This document shows, piece after piece, positions 40,619 through 51,300 of a stretch of DNA of 64,000 bases. The notes beneath the pieces were generated by a model. The model worked only from the letters and a program-made list of their open reading frames with translations. It was not told where the DNA came from and ran no database searches. Made by a program: the position numbers and the translations under genes. Positions within the stretch are counted from its first letter, which is position 1; each line of letters opens with the position of its first letter. The stretch is from Lama glama (taxonomy: Eukaryota): NCBI GenBank assembly GCA_028534125.1, contig CM052817.1:33544001-33608000 (forward strand), given 5' to 3'.

Positions 40619-40656
40619 ACCGCCGCCGCCGCCGCCGCCACCGCCGCAGCAGCAAC
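40619..40656. repeat. Interrupted (CCG)n/(CAG)n trinucleotide repeat in the CHIC2 leader
   Basis: cgccgccgccgccgccgccaccgccgcagcagcaac; reads (GGC)n on the mRNA-sense strand. A second short (GCC)n run lies at 40542-40556. Confidence 0.9.
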
Positions 40657-43628
40657 TCAGGCAACCACAGCAACAGCCAGAGCCACCCGCAGCGGGAGCA
40701 CCCGGCTACGGCATCGCGAGACTTCCCGGGAGTGCAGGCGGGCGAGCAGGCGGGCGCGTGGGCGCGCGAGCTGACGCGCGAGAGCGCGCACGTGAGGCCT
40801 TGCGCGCTCCCCCGAGTGGCCTGCCTTCCTCCACTTCCACCCGCCGGTGACGCCTCGAGCGCACGCTCCCGCCGGCGCGGCCCCGCCCTCCGGCAGATGG
40901 GTCACCCAAGCGCGAGGGGGAGTGGCTCTGGGGGCTGGTGGCGTTGACTCCGGCTCCAAGAGCAGCGCTCTGAGTGTCCAGTGGAGCACTTAGTGGTCTC
41001 TAACCAAAACAACTGAAAATAAAAAGCCCGGTTGGAATAGAGAATTTATTGTGCGTGTGGTTGCCAGTTTATCTAATCATCGGATCTCTCTTTTCGTCGG
41101 TTTTTTTAGTCTGTGATGAGAACCAGGGCCTGTACTTTTCCAATTTGAGGAACCCAACAGACACACTGAACATATTTTTGTCCACTAGAATACCGAATTT
41201 TCCAAAACATATCCAAATTCAAACATCTTATCCCATTATCCCCTTAAATATAATACAATATATGAGGCCAATGATGCTGATTTTTTTTTCTTACAAGAGA
41301 ACTATTGTAGTCATGCCGTGAAATAAAACTGACAAATTCTCTGGATTCCAGATTAGAAGATGTAATTTCCTGCCCCAACTGTTTCATCAACTACACACTT
41401 CTTTCTATCCTTAAGACCTTAGGGAATCCCTTTTCCTTCCTTATAGCTCCTCCCAGGAAAGGAAAGGTGAAGAGAGGGGAGGGAAGAGTTTATGGATTCC
41501 ATTTAATGGTCTAAGACCAGTAATAAAGGCCCAAGGGTCACATCAGTTACGTGGTTTTAAAGAACCTGCCCAGGCATACAGTTTAGGGGCAGCAGTGGGC
41601 TCCTGAAAGATCTAGGATAATGAGCATCCACTGGGGAGACAGGAGAGAATAGTCATACTGGAACCAGTGTGGGTCAGAATATTCTCCAAGTACAGTGTTC
41701 ACTTCCAAGTAGTTTAGATGGGTTATTGTTGAAGGTGAGAAAGTACAGTTAAGACAGTGAAATGCCAAGGAACATCCTACTGGTAAAGGTTGAAGAAAAT
41801 GAGCATAGTTAGACAGGAAAAGATAAAAAACACAGTAGATTGTATCAGACTTCCTGTATATATCTCTTGAGGACATTTGTTCATTTATTCATTCAATAGA
41901 CATTTACTGAGGCCCAACTATGTGGCAGGCACTGTGGGTGTGGATGTGTGTGTGTGTATGATGAGTTTCTGCCTTCCAGTAGCTTATTTATCACTAAGGC
42001 AAGCAATCATAATTCTGTCAAGTGGTCCCAGAGAAGTATACAGTGACTGGGTGGTAACAGAGCAGACAGGGGGCAGCTTGGTTTGGTGGTTAATAGTGGG
42101 CTCTGGAGCCTGACTGCCTGCCTTTGAATCTTAGCTCTGCCATTTATGATGTGTCCCTGGATAAGTCATTTAATCTCTCTGCCCCTCATGTGCAAAATAA
42201 GAATAATAAATAGTACTACCCCACTGGGCTGCTCTGCAGATGAAATGGATTAAAACATGTGTCATGCTTAAAAGAGAGCCTGGCACATAGTAAATATGGG
42301 GTAGCAATAGGGCCTAAGGCCCCATCCAACTAACTGACTCTGTGAGGTTTAGCACAATTTTTTTTGCATTAAGTTTTTGCATTACTGTTTATGAAGCACA
42401 TATACATCATTTAATATTCCTCAAGAACTCTGTGAGGTAACCAAGGAGGATGTAATTTATTCTTTAGTTTCACAGAAGCTGCTTTACAGTCAAATGGCTA
42501 TTTAAGAGTCAAACTCAAGACCTCAACTCTAGTGCACTGGATAGGTCAAGCTCCTGACTTTCCTTCTTGGCAAGAACTGGGAGGCCAAGTGGCTGCACTC
42601 AGTTAAAGGAATGGCTGCAAATGGGAGGGTGAGAAAAGGGAACCAGATGAAGGAAGGTCTGTATGATCCAGGCATGGCCCACACCCTGTGTGCTGTGACT
42701 GAGAATTCACCTTTCTGTAGGAATGGTGGCCAAGGGGCTGGTGCCCCAAAGTATCTAAATTATCACATAACTGACAACCTCCCAAGGGAGGTCATCCACA
42801 GCTCCTTAAATCTCCAGCACTTTCCACAGCTCCTGCTTCAGAGAAGGAGCTCAATAAATGTTATCTGAATTGAGATTTATTGTCACTAGTGCTATTTCCA
42901 GAACATCATGAGTTAATTAGGCTTCCAAGGACTGTGAGAGCCTCACCCCTATCTTAACACTGGTTCTGTTTGGGAGAAATTTTCTTATTCTGAGATCTAT
43001 TCAACAGAGAGAATTTTGCAACTCCCACCACCTCAGCGTAAGGTAGAGGCTGCCTTGTTTTTGCTCTTCCTATTTTGCACTTCTTTTTCCCGTTCTGGAA
43101 AACCCGTCAGAGCCAGCAAAAGGGTGCAGGACCCAGAAGAAGGCTGAGAGGGTGAGGGGAGATAAGTGAAACATGGCCCTGATGATTGTTGAAATCATAA
43201 TCCTAAACTCCCCACCAGCCCTCCTGAGTCCTGTTTCCTGTTAAACACCTTTCCCAGTCTTTTCCTGGGGACAAGGAAAAGACCTTCTCAGTAACTTTTC
43301 CCTCCAGCGTTCAGGCGCTCTCCTGTGCTCTGCGGTGTAGGCTCCTCGACATCCGAGCTCCCCTTTATATTTCTGCTTCACATACTTTCACCTTTATCTT
43401 CACAGCAAATGGCTAAAAACTAAACAGGATAGTGCCTCAGGGGCCTCATGAATCAACACATCTGCAGTTGCTTTTAAGGCAAATATTCCTATATTCGAAA
43501 ATTTCCAAGTTCTGTCACCACCTAGTTGAGCGGCCTTTGGCAGGTTCCACTTTCTAAGCTTCCTTTTTTCCATCCTGAAATGGGACCTGTGTCATGGGGT
43601 TGTCGAGGGTCCTGTGAGGTAGCACACG

Positions 43629-44000
43629 TGCCATGGACTGAATTGCGTCCCCTCAAAATTCACATGTGGAAGCCCTATGCCCCAAGGTGATGTGTCACTT
43701 GGAGATGGGCCTTTGGGAGGTAATTAGGTTTAGGTGAGCTTCTTGGGATAGGATTTGTGTGCTTATAAGAAGAGATCAGAGAGCTTGCTCTCCCCACCAC
43801 CCTCCCATTGGTGTGAGGACACACGAAGCAGTCTTCTACCTGCAAGCCAGGAAGCTTGTTCTCACCAGGATCCAAACAGGCAAGCATTTTGATATTTCTG
43901 GAGACTCTCAGTCTCCCGAACTGGTGAGAGATAAATGTCTATAGAGTAAGCCACCCAGTCTATGGTACTTTTTTGCGGCAGCACCAGCTGACTAAGACAG
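43629..44000 (+). mobile_element. MaLR solo LTR (MLT1A/B-like)
   Basis: tgccatggactgaattgcgtcccctcaaaattcacatgtggaagccct...ccacccagtctatggtact...gctgactaagaca. Confidence 0.85.
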
Positions 44001-44014
44001 CAAGTAAGCCCTCA

Positions 44015-44650
44015 TTTGTTCACTCATTCATTCATTAAACAAATATGCATTGAATTACTCCCACATGCCATACCCTCTGCCAGGAACCAGGGTTTAGCAA
44101 TAAGGTAGTAAACAAAACATGGTCCTTGCCTTCATGAAGCAGAAAGGCCATGGGGGAAGGGTGACAGATAATTATAAAAATAATTAACTGTTAGGAGTGT
44201 GGTTAGTCCCATGAAGTACAGGGGACCATAAGAGTTGATGGACCTAACTCACTCTGAGAAGTCAGGAATTCTTCTCTGGGGAAATGACACTTAAGTGTCA
44301 AAGTGTCAAAGTAAGAGGGTGGGGAAATAGAAGAGAGGAGAAATTTCTAGGTAGTGAAAATGGCATGTTTGTCTTCGTTTGGGCAGCTGCAACAGAATGC
44401 CATAGACTAGGTGGCTTATAAACAACAGAAATTTATTTGTCTGCCCTCATGACCTAATCATCTACCACAGGCCCCAACACTTAACACTGTCATATTGAGG
44501 GGTTAAGATCTTAACATAGGAATTTGGGGGAACAAAATATTCAGTCTATAGCAATGCTTAAAGACTCTGAGGCAGAAAAGAGCACGGCCCAAATCAGGTA
44601 CAAAGTAAAGACAGTGTGGTTGGACCATAGCAAGGAAGGCAGAGCCGAAC
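44015..44650 (-). mobile_element. L2 3' end interrupted by an MLT1 fragment (about 44365-44555)
   Basis: ttcattcattaaacaaatatgcattgaattac... L2 terminus; gctgcaacagaatgccatagactaggtggcttataaacaacagaaatttattt is MLT1-like. Confidence 0.65.
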
Positions 44651-44677
44651 TGCAAACAGATCAAAGAGGAGGTCCCA

Positions 44678-45090
44678 GCCTTAATGCCATCTTCTGAGAA
44701 GCCTCTGTGCCATGAGAACGAGGTGGAGGAAGAAGCGAATGCACAGGCTGAAGCACAAAAGAAGACGATGCAGACGTCCCAGTGAACCTGTACACCCATG
44801 GAAGCTGCAGGAGCAGAAGCAAGGAAAGCCAGAGGCCAGGGGCGCTGACAGAAACTGTTGGACTGCATGTCTACAGTCTAGAACTTGTCTTACTGGGGAA
44901 CATCTGTCACCATTCTAATCGCCTTGACCACCTTTAAGAGACACATCTTGCTCCTATCAAAATGGTCCCTTTGGGTCCTTTGCCCTGGACCTGTGATATT
45001 CTGGACTAGTTCTGTTCTCAGTTGTGGCTGAATGTAATGCGTGCAAAATAAAGCATCTCTTCTGCTGTCTTAGCTGAAGGAAAAAAAAAA
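44678..45090 (+). pseudogene. RPL41: RPL41 processed pseudogene
   Basis: ATG at 44712 gives MRTRWRKKRMHRLKHKRR versus RPL41 [25 protein letters not shown]. RPL41-like 5'UTR (gcctctgtgccATG), no introns, net 4-nt deletion near codons 19-21, AATAAA 45047-45052, poly-A 45081-45090. Confidence 0.93.
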
Positions 45091-45100
45091 GATGAAAGAA

Positions 45101-45350
45101 AAGGGATAAATTTGGGAGTTTGAGACTTACAAAGATTAACCACTATAGATAAAAAACAAATTTCTTCTGTATAGCACAGGGAACTATATCCAATATCTTG
45201 TAACAACCTTTAATGAAAAAGAATATGAAAACAAATACATGTGTGTGTGTATATATATATATATGCATGACTGGGACATTATGCTGTACACCAGAAATTG
45301 ATACATTGTAACTGACTATACTTCAATAAAATAAGAATAAAAATAAAATA
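45101..45350 (+). mobile_element. 5'-truncated L1 3' end directly after the RPL41 retrocopy
   Basis: ctgtatagcacagggaactatatccaatatcttgtaa...atgctgtacaccagaaattg...cttcaataaa plus A-rich tail; similar to the L1 3' ends at about 30800-31040 and 50600-50820. Confidence 0.85.
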
Positions 45351-45701
45351 AAGTCAAAGAGGCTTACATAAACTTGAAGGTCTTAGTAAAGAGACACACG
45401 TTCACTCTAAAAGTAAAGATACACTGAGGATGTGAAGTCAAGCCACGACATTATCAGGTGTGCATTTTAAAATCTCTAAATGGGAGATCAGTAGTCCAAC
45501 ATATGCAGCATATATCCCCTTCTTCTTCTGAAAACAGCACACATCCTCCCCTCCCCTACTCTTAGCATATTTGATTGGGTTAAGCTGACCACATCCCCAG
45601 TTCCAAGAGTATAACCTAGGGTGGCAAATTAGAGAGTATGGGATACTCTGCGGCACAGTGATTGGTTTGAATGGGTACATGATTCAGACAGAGCCAATGA
45701 G

Positions 45702-46201
45702 NNNNNNNNNNNNNNNNNNNNNNNNNNNNNNNNNNNNNNNNNNNNNNNNNNNNNNNNNNNNNNNNNNNNNNNNNNNNNNNNNNNNNNNNNNNNNNNNNNN
45801 NNNNNNNNNNNNNNNNNNNNNNNNNNNNNNNNNNNNNNNNNNNNNNNNNNNNNNNNNNNNNNNNNNNNNNNNNNNNNNNNNNNNNNNNNNNNNNNNNNNN
45901 NNNNNNNNNNNNNNNNNNNNNNNNNNNNNNNNNNNNNNNNNNNNNNNNNNNNNNNNNNNNNNNNNNNNNNNNNNNNNNNNNNNNNNNNNNNNNNNNNNNN
46001 NNNNNNNNNNNNNNNNNNNNNNNNNNNNNNNNNNNNNNNNNNNNNNNNNNNNNNNNNNNNNNNNNNNNNNNNNNNNNNNNNNNNNNNNNNNNNNNNNNNN
46101 NNNNNNNNNNNNNNNNNNNNNNNNNNNNNNNNNNNNNNNNNNNNNNNNNNNNNNNNNNNNNNNNNNNNNNNNNNNNNNNNNNNNNNNNNNNNNNNNNNNN
46201 N
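45702..46201. other. Assembly gap (500 N)
   Basis: Run of n characters; the round length suggests a placeholder size. Confidence 0.99.
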
Positions 46202-46209
46202 GGGGGGCG

Positions 46210-46830
46210 TAAGTCTCTGCTCCTGAAGTGTGGACTATATATACAGGGACTTGCTTCCAAGGAAAAGGAGGGAAGACTAACTTTACAGTGGTGACACCTG
46301 ACAAACACACTGCAAGCAAGTAATCAAAGTCAACATCAACAGCCATAAATCAAGTTGACAGAATGTACCTTTGTTATGACATGATGAAAATGACATTGAA
46401 ACTTTCTGATCTTCCTCCCCCAATCCATAACCCATTCTAACCATAAGAAAAATGTTAGACAAGTTCCCCTAGTGAGGCATCCTACAAAATACCTGAACAG
46501 TACTCCTGAAGATCCAAGGTCATCAAAAACAAGGGAAGTCTGAGAAACTGTCACAGCCAAGAGGAGCCTAAAGAGACATGAAGACTTAATGTAACGTGGT
46601 GTCCTGGGACAGAATTCTGGAACCGAAAAAGGAAATTAGATAAAAACTAAGGAAATCTAAACAAACTATTGACTTTAGTTAATAAAAATGTATCAGTGTT
46701 GGCTCATTAATTTTAGCAAACATTTTATATAAGATGTTAATAATAGAAAAAACTGCATGCAAGAGTATAGGGAATTCTACTATCTTCTCAATTTTCCTTA
46801 AAGTCTAAAACAGCTCTTAAAAAATAAAGC
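46210..46830 (+). mobile_element. L1MC-type 3' UTR
   Basis: actttacagtggtgacacctgacaaacac...caaggtcatcaaaaacaagggaagtctgagaaactgtcacagccaagaggagcctaaagagacatg...aaaaataaag. Confidence 0.8.
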
Positions 46831-46862
46831 CTAAAATAAATAAATAAATAAATAATAAAGCC

Positions 46863-46987
46863 TTGGGAGGAGGGTATAGCTCAGTGGTAGAGTGTCTACT
46901 TAGCATGTATAAGGTCCTGGATTCAATCCCAGTACTCCACTAAAAACAATAAATAAATAAACCAAATTACCTTTCCCCCCAGAAATA
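46863..46987 (+). mobile_element. tRNA-derived SINE (camelid Vic-1-like)
   Basis: gggtatagctcagtggtagag...gtcctggattcaatccc, A-rich tail, flanked by aataaagcc direct repeats. Confidence 0.85.
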
Positions 46988-48199
46988 AATAAAGCCAAAT
47001 TTTCAAAAATTAGTAATACTGTAAATATGAAATTCAAAAGAGAGAAGGAGAAACTTTTTAGTGCTTGAATTAAAAATAAAGCTTAAAAAAAAATAAAGTT
47101 TAAAGCTTGAGTAACAGACTCATAGACCCCATAATGGGACTGGGAGGGGCAGGGGGAATTACTGGACCAGAAGTCGGCCCCAGCAGCCTAAAGGCAGGAT
47201 TTAACATGGAGACTTGGCCCTGGGTAGGATCCAGGCAGGATCATGGCAACCAGCCACGAAAGGCTGCAAGAGAGAAACCAGAAATACTCTGCCTATAAGC
47301 CAAGGAAGCAATGTCCAAAACTTTTTCTCCTGGAATTCTAAGTTGGGGAAATAAAGGTCTCTGGCGAAAAACCAAAGCCCCAGGCCTGCACCCTGCTTGA
47401 CTGCCATGTCTAAATTTACACCAAACTTGTAATATAGGAAGGGCCAACCTAAGAAATTAGTTGAGGGAGGAGTCATATCTAGCATACGATTTTGGAAAAA
47501 GGCAAATGGATGGGATCTAGAATACAGTGCCCAAAACCTGGTAATCACACAGAAGATGTTAGCTGTTTTCCCTTTTTATTACTCATCTCTGTTACTACCT
47601 AACAAGAGTAATAGGGACAATAATACAAATAAAAATGTATGATTTTACATGTTCTTGAGCCTAATTTATTTGGATGGGATAGATGTGGTATAAGGGAAAA
47701 TGGCCCCTAAAATAGAAATATTTGGTGCCAGTCATGAGTACCATCTCCCTAGGTGTGAAGAAGAATTTTAAATTGCATCAGGAGAGTTTTATACTGTCTG
47801 GGGGAATCCAAACATGTTGGTCCTCTGGGAAAACAAATAACATGTCTCACTTAGTCTTTACTTATAGGTATAATTCCAAAAAAGAGATTAATCCTCTCAG
47901 CCACACTGATCATTTAGAAAATCTTTTCTAGCATAAAATTTGCACAATATGTATGAACCTAGAGTTTGTGGTGCTCAGAGTATAAGTAGTGAAAAATAGT
48001 ACTGATGCTTCAGGATCCTAGGATTAAGGAAAGCTCATGTGCAATACAAGTCTGCGAAAGGCCTTTGAGGAGCAACAAAGATTGTCTTCTTCCATATTCA
48101 TCTCAACATCTGTGATAACTGAGAGGGAAAGGTAATCCAAACTGGACTGGGAGCTTCCTAAGGGCAGACTCTATTCTGTTTGGGAAAAGAAACAAATGC

Positions 48200-48440
48200 T
48201 TATATGGTATATATAGTCTTTCAGACACTGTTCTAAGCATTTTGCACATATCAAACCATTCAGCCTCGCAAACATCCCTGTAATGTAGGTACCATTTTTA
48301 TCCCTATTTTACACATATGCAAACTGAGGCAAAATGAAATCAGGTAACTTGGCCCAAGGCCACATAACTCAGAGGTGGTAGAACCAGGATGTGAGCCTAA
48401 ACAGTATGTTTCCTCACCCCATGATCTTACCACTATGCTC
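48200..48440 (-). mobile_element. MIR SINE (other minus copies at about 4385-4520, 4785-4920, 9075-9290, 20450-20670, 28730-28860, 37930-38080)
   Basis: Reverse MIR core ccctattttacacatatgcaaactgaggc...ggtaacttggcccaaggccacataac...ggtagaaccaggatgtgagcc. Confidence 0.75.
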
Positions 48441-49365
48441 TACACTCTTAAATACCAGCAGAAAAATATTCAGATTACTTCCATCTTCTTAACATCTACA
48501 ACAGTGTTTTACACATAGTTATTGCTTTATAAATATTAAATAGATGGCTACATATAGGAAATCATCCTGTTTTCATTTTTTCTTTGATCATTTAATATTG
48601 TATGTACATAATTAGTTCAATGTTTACCTCCAAATATTTTTATAATAAATCTATAAAAATCCATGCAGATTCCTTAGATTACCCTAGAATAATATCTACA
48701 GCTGCTTACCTGATTTAAACTCGTGCTACAAATATGACACACCATTGCACTGGATTTTCCTCATTGCCATTTTTTAAATTTGCACATGTCTGGAAACTAC
48801 TCCTACAATCATAGTCTCACAAAATCAGAAAGGAGCCCAGAAGTCATCTTGTCCCAACTGGTCTCCAAAACCCTGCTTCAGTCTAAATCATGTGGTGTTT
48901 TTCCTTCTCTGTGGAACATCTCCAATAATTGTATTAAATGTCTGTAACGTACTGAGCATGTACAAAAATGCTTCATTATATTCTTCCACAGTTCTTAAAG
49001 ACTGGATTCTTTAAGGTGTGAGAATGTATCTTGGCTATTTTTTTTTTTATTCCAAACCCTTGCATATAGCCTGAAATCTTCCAGGAGTCATTCAATATAT
49101 CTTCATTTATTTTCTTTCCAATCTCTGGGGAGACAAAAAGCAAGTTTACTCTTTCTTCTATGTGATAGTACTTCAAATAAGAGGAAGATAATCCACCCAA
49201 AATCTTTTTTTCTTTGAGCTAAACATGTCCATTTACTTCAATCATTTTTCCTCCAAGAAAAGTTCCTGACTCTCTGCAGAGGCTATATCTGACTCTTATC
49301 AGCTTTGTTTGGTCAACAGTCTTAGTAGATGGGGCTCAAAACCAGACATGGAATGATTTGACCAG

Positions 49366-49848
49366 TGTGATAACCAGCCTCCAAGACAATCCCTAGAGCC
49401 TCATCGTCTGTATCCATGCCTTTCTGTAGTCCCCTCTTCTGCTGAGCAGTATTGACCTGTATGACCAAGAGGATTTGTGAAAGTGACAGGATGTGACTTC
49501 AGAGGCTAGGTTTTAAAGACATGGCAGCATCCACCTTATTCTCTTAAATCACTCACTCCGGGAGAAGCCAGCTGCCGTGTCATGAGGACACTCAACCAGC
49601 CCTACAGGGAGGCTCACATGGAGAGTTACTGAGGCCTCCCACCACTCATGTGAATCAGCTGTCCTAAAAGCAGCCCTAGTCAAGCCTGCAGATGACTGCA
49701 GCGTTATGAGAGACCCTGGGCCTGACCACCCAGCTAAGTCACTCACTCTGAACCCACAGAAACTGTCAGAAATAGCAACTGTCTACTGTTGTTTTAAACC
49801 ACTAAGTTTTGGGGTAATTGGTTATATTGCAATAAGTGATTATTACAG
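49366..49848 (+). mobile_element. MaLR solo LTR (MLT1E/F-like)
   Basis: tgtgataaccagcctccaaga...gagaagccagctgccgtgtcatgagga...gttgttttaaaccactaagttttggggtaattggttat...taca. Confidence 0.8.
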
Positions 49849-50459
49849 CCAAGTCAGAAGATAAAAGGACTAGCACTTCCTTCTTGATCCTAGTAGAAAC
49901 AGGAGAAAGACAAAGAAAAACAGATTGAATAAATTGATTAAACTATTAATTTTTAAAGTTTTAGGGGGATTTGTATGTGTCTGTGTGTCCGTGTGTCCAT
50001 GTGTAAAATTTCTTTGCTATCTTCTTTAGCTGTTTTATCTTATGCTTCAGTACATTGCTGTAGTGCCATACTTAACTTATATAGACACTCACTACATAAT
50101 TTTTGAAATATTGGACTTTAACTTTCAGGCTTGAGGGACACAATCAACTTTTGCTCCTGAATTGGGTATGGTGAAATCTATTCTCTGCTCTTTTAGAGCT
50201 CTCACTAGGAGCCAATGGCCTTCCCACTCAGCAACGTTGAGATTTTTCAACACTTCTTTGAACATGGTATAGAGGAGAGTTGGATGTAATAGTTATAGAT
50301 CTGCTGGACTTCTCATGTGACTGAATTTAGGCAGCACCCGCTTCACATGGGAACTTAGGAGACAACTTGCTTCTGCGCTCTCTCTCTCACTGTTCACCTC
50401 CACCCCCAACACAAACACACTGGCCTTGCAACGCTGTATTTTTACTTGTATCTACTTTT

Positions 50460-50533
50460 TTCTTTTTTAAATTTTAAAAAATTTTATTTTTTATTGAAGT
50501 ATATATAGTTGATTTACAATTGTAGTTTCAGGA
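50460..50533 (-). mobile_element. Extremely 5'-truncated L1 tail
   Basis: T-rich tail then attgaagtatatatagttgatttacaat; flanked by ctactttt at 50452-50459 and 50534-50541. Confidence 0.65.
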
Positions 50534-50591
50534 CTACTTTTATTTTCCTCATATTACTTTCTTTCTAAATGTCTACTTTTCATAGCCATAC

Positions 50592-51033
50592 TTTTTTTTT
50601 TTAAATTGAAGTATAGTTGATTTACAATATTATGTTCATTTCTGGTATAAAGCATAGTGATTTAGTTATATATATATGTTCTTTTTCATGATAGATTATT
50701 ACAAGCTATTGAATATAGTTCTCTGTGCTATACAATAGGAACTTGTTGTTTATTTTATATATAGTAGTTGGTATCTGCTAATCCCAAACTCCTAATTTAT
50801 CCCTCCCTGCCTTCCCCTCTGGTAACCATAACTGTGTTTTCCATGTGTGAGTTTGTTTCTGTTTTGTAAATAAGTTCATTTGTGTCATATTTTAGATTCC
50901 ACATATAAGTGATATCATAAGGTATCTGTCTTTCTCTGTCTGACTTACTTCACTTAGTATGATAATCTCTAGGTTCATCCATGTTTCTGCAAATGGCATT
51001 ATTTCATTCTTTTTTTATGGCTGAGTAATATTG

Positions 51034-51080
<47 letters not shown>

Positions 51081-51300
51081 CAGACCGACCGACCCCAGTG
51101 TCTTTATCCAGTCATCTGTCAATGGACATTTAGGTTGCTTCCATATCTTGGCTATTGTAGCTAGTGCTGCTTTGAACATTGGGGTGCACGTATCTTTTTG
51201 AATTAGAGTTCTCTCCAGGTGTATGCCCAGCAGTGGGATTGCTGGATCATATGGTAACTCTATTTTTAGTTTTTCTAAGGAATCTCCATATTGTTTTCCA
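50592..51300 (-). mobile_element. Lineage-level L1 3' end with a (GATA)n microsatellite at about 51035-51080
   Basis: Poly-T then aattgaagtatagttgatttacaatatt...ttccacatataagtgatatcata...agtgggattgctggatcatatggtaactctatttttag. Confidence 0.9.

Larger units (their letters stand above)
40100..40960 (-). promoter_or_regulatory. CHIC2: CpG-island promoter and 5' leader of CHIC2
   Basis: Very GC- and CpG-rich block around exon 1. GC box CCCCGCCC 40881-40888, E-box CACGTG 40789-40794, TGACG half-sites at 40772 and 40848, TCGCGAGA (BANP-like) 40714-40721. No TATA box seen; the TSS cannot be placed from sequence. Confidence 0.85.

Noticed and set aside
40259..40989. Several overlapping ORFs with poly-Pro, poly-Gln or poly-Arg at the CpG island
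   Set aside because: Expected in stop-poor GC-rich DNA with trinucleotide repeats; no recognisable protein.
45616..46346. Long ORFs of 184-230 aa
   Set aside because: Artefacts of translating through the 500-N gap.
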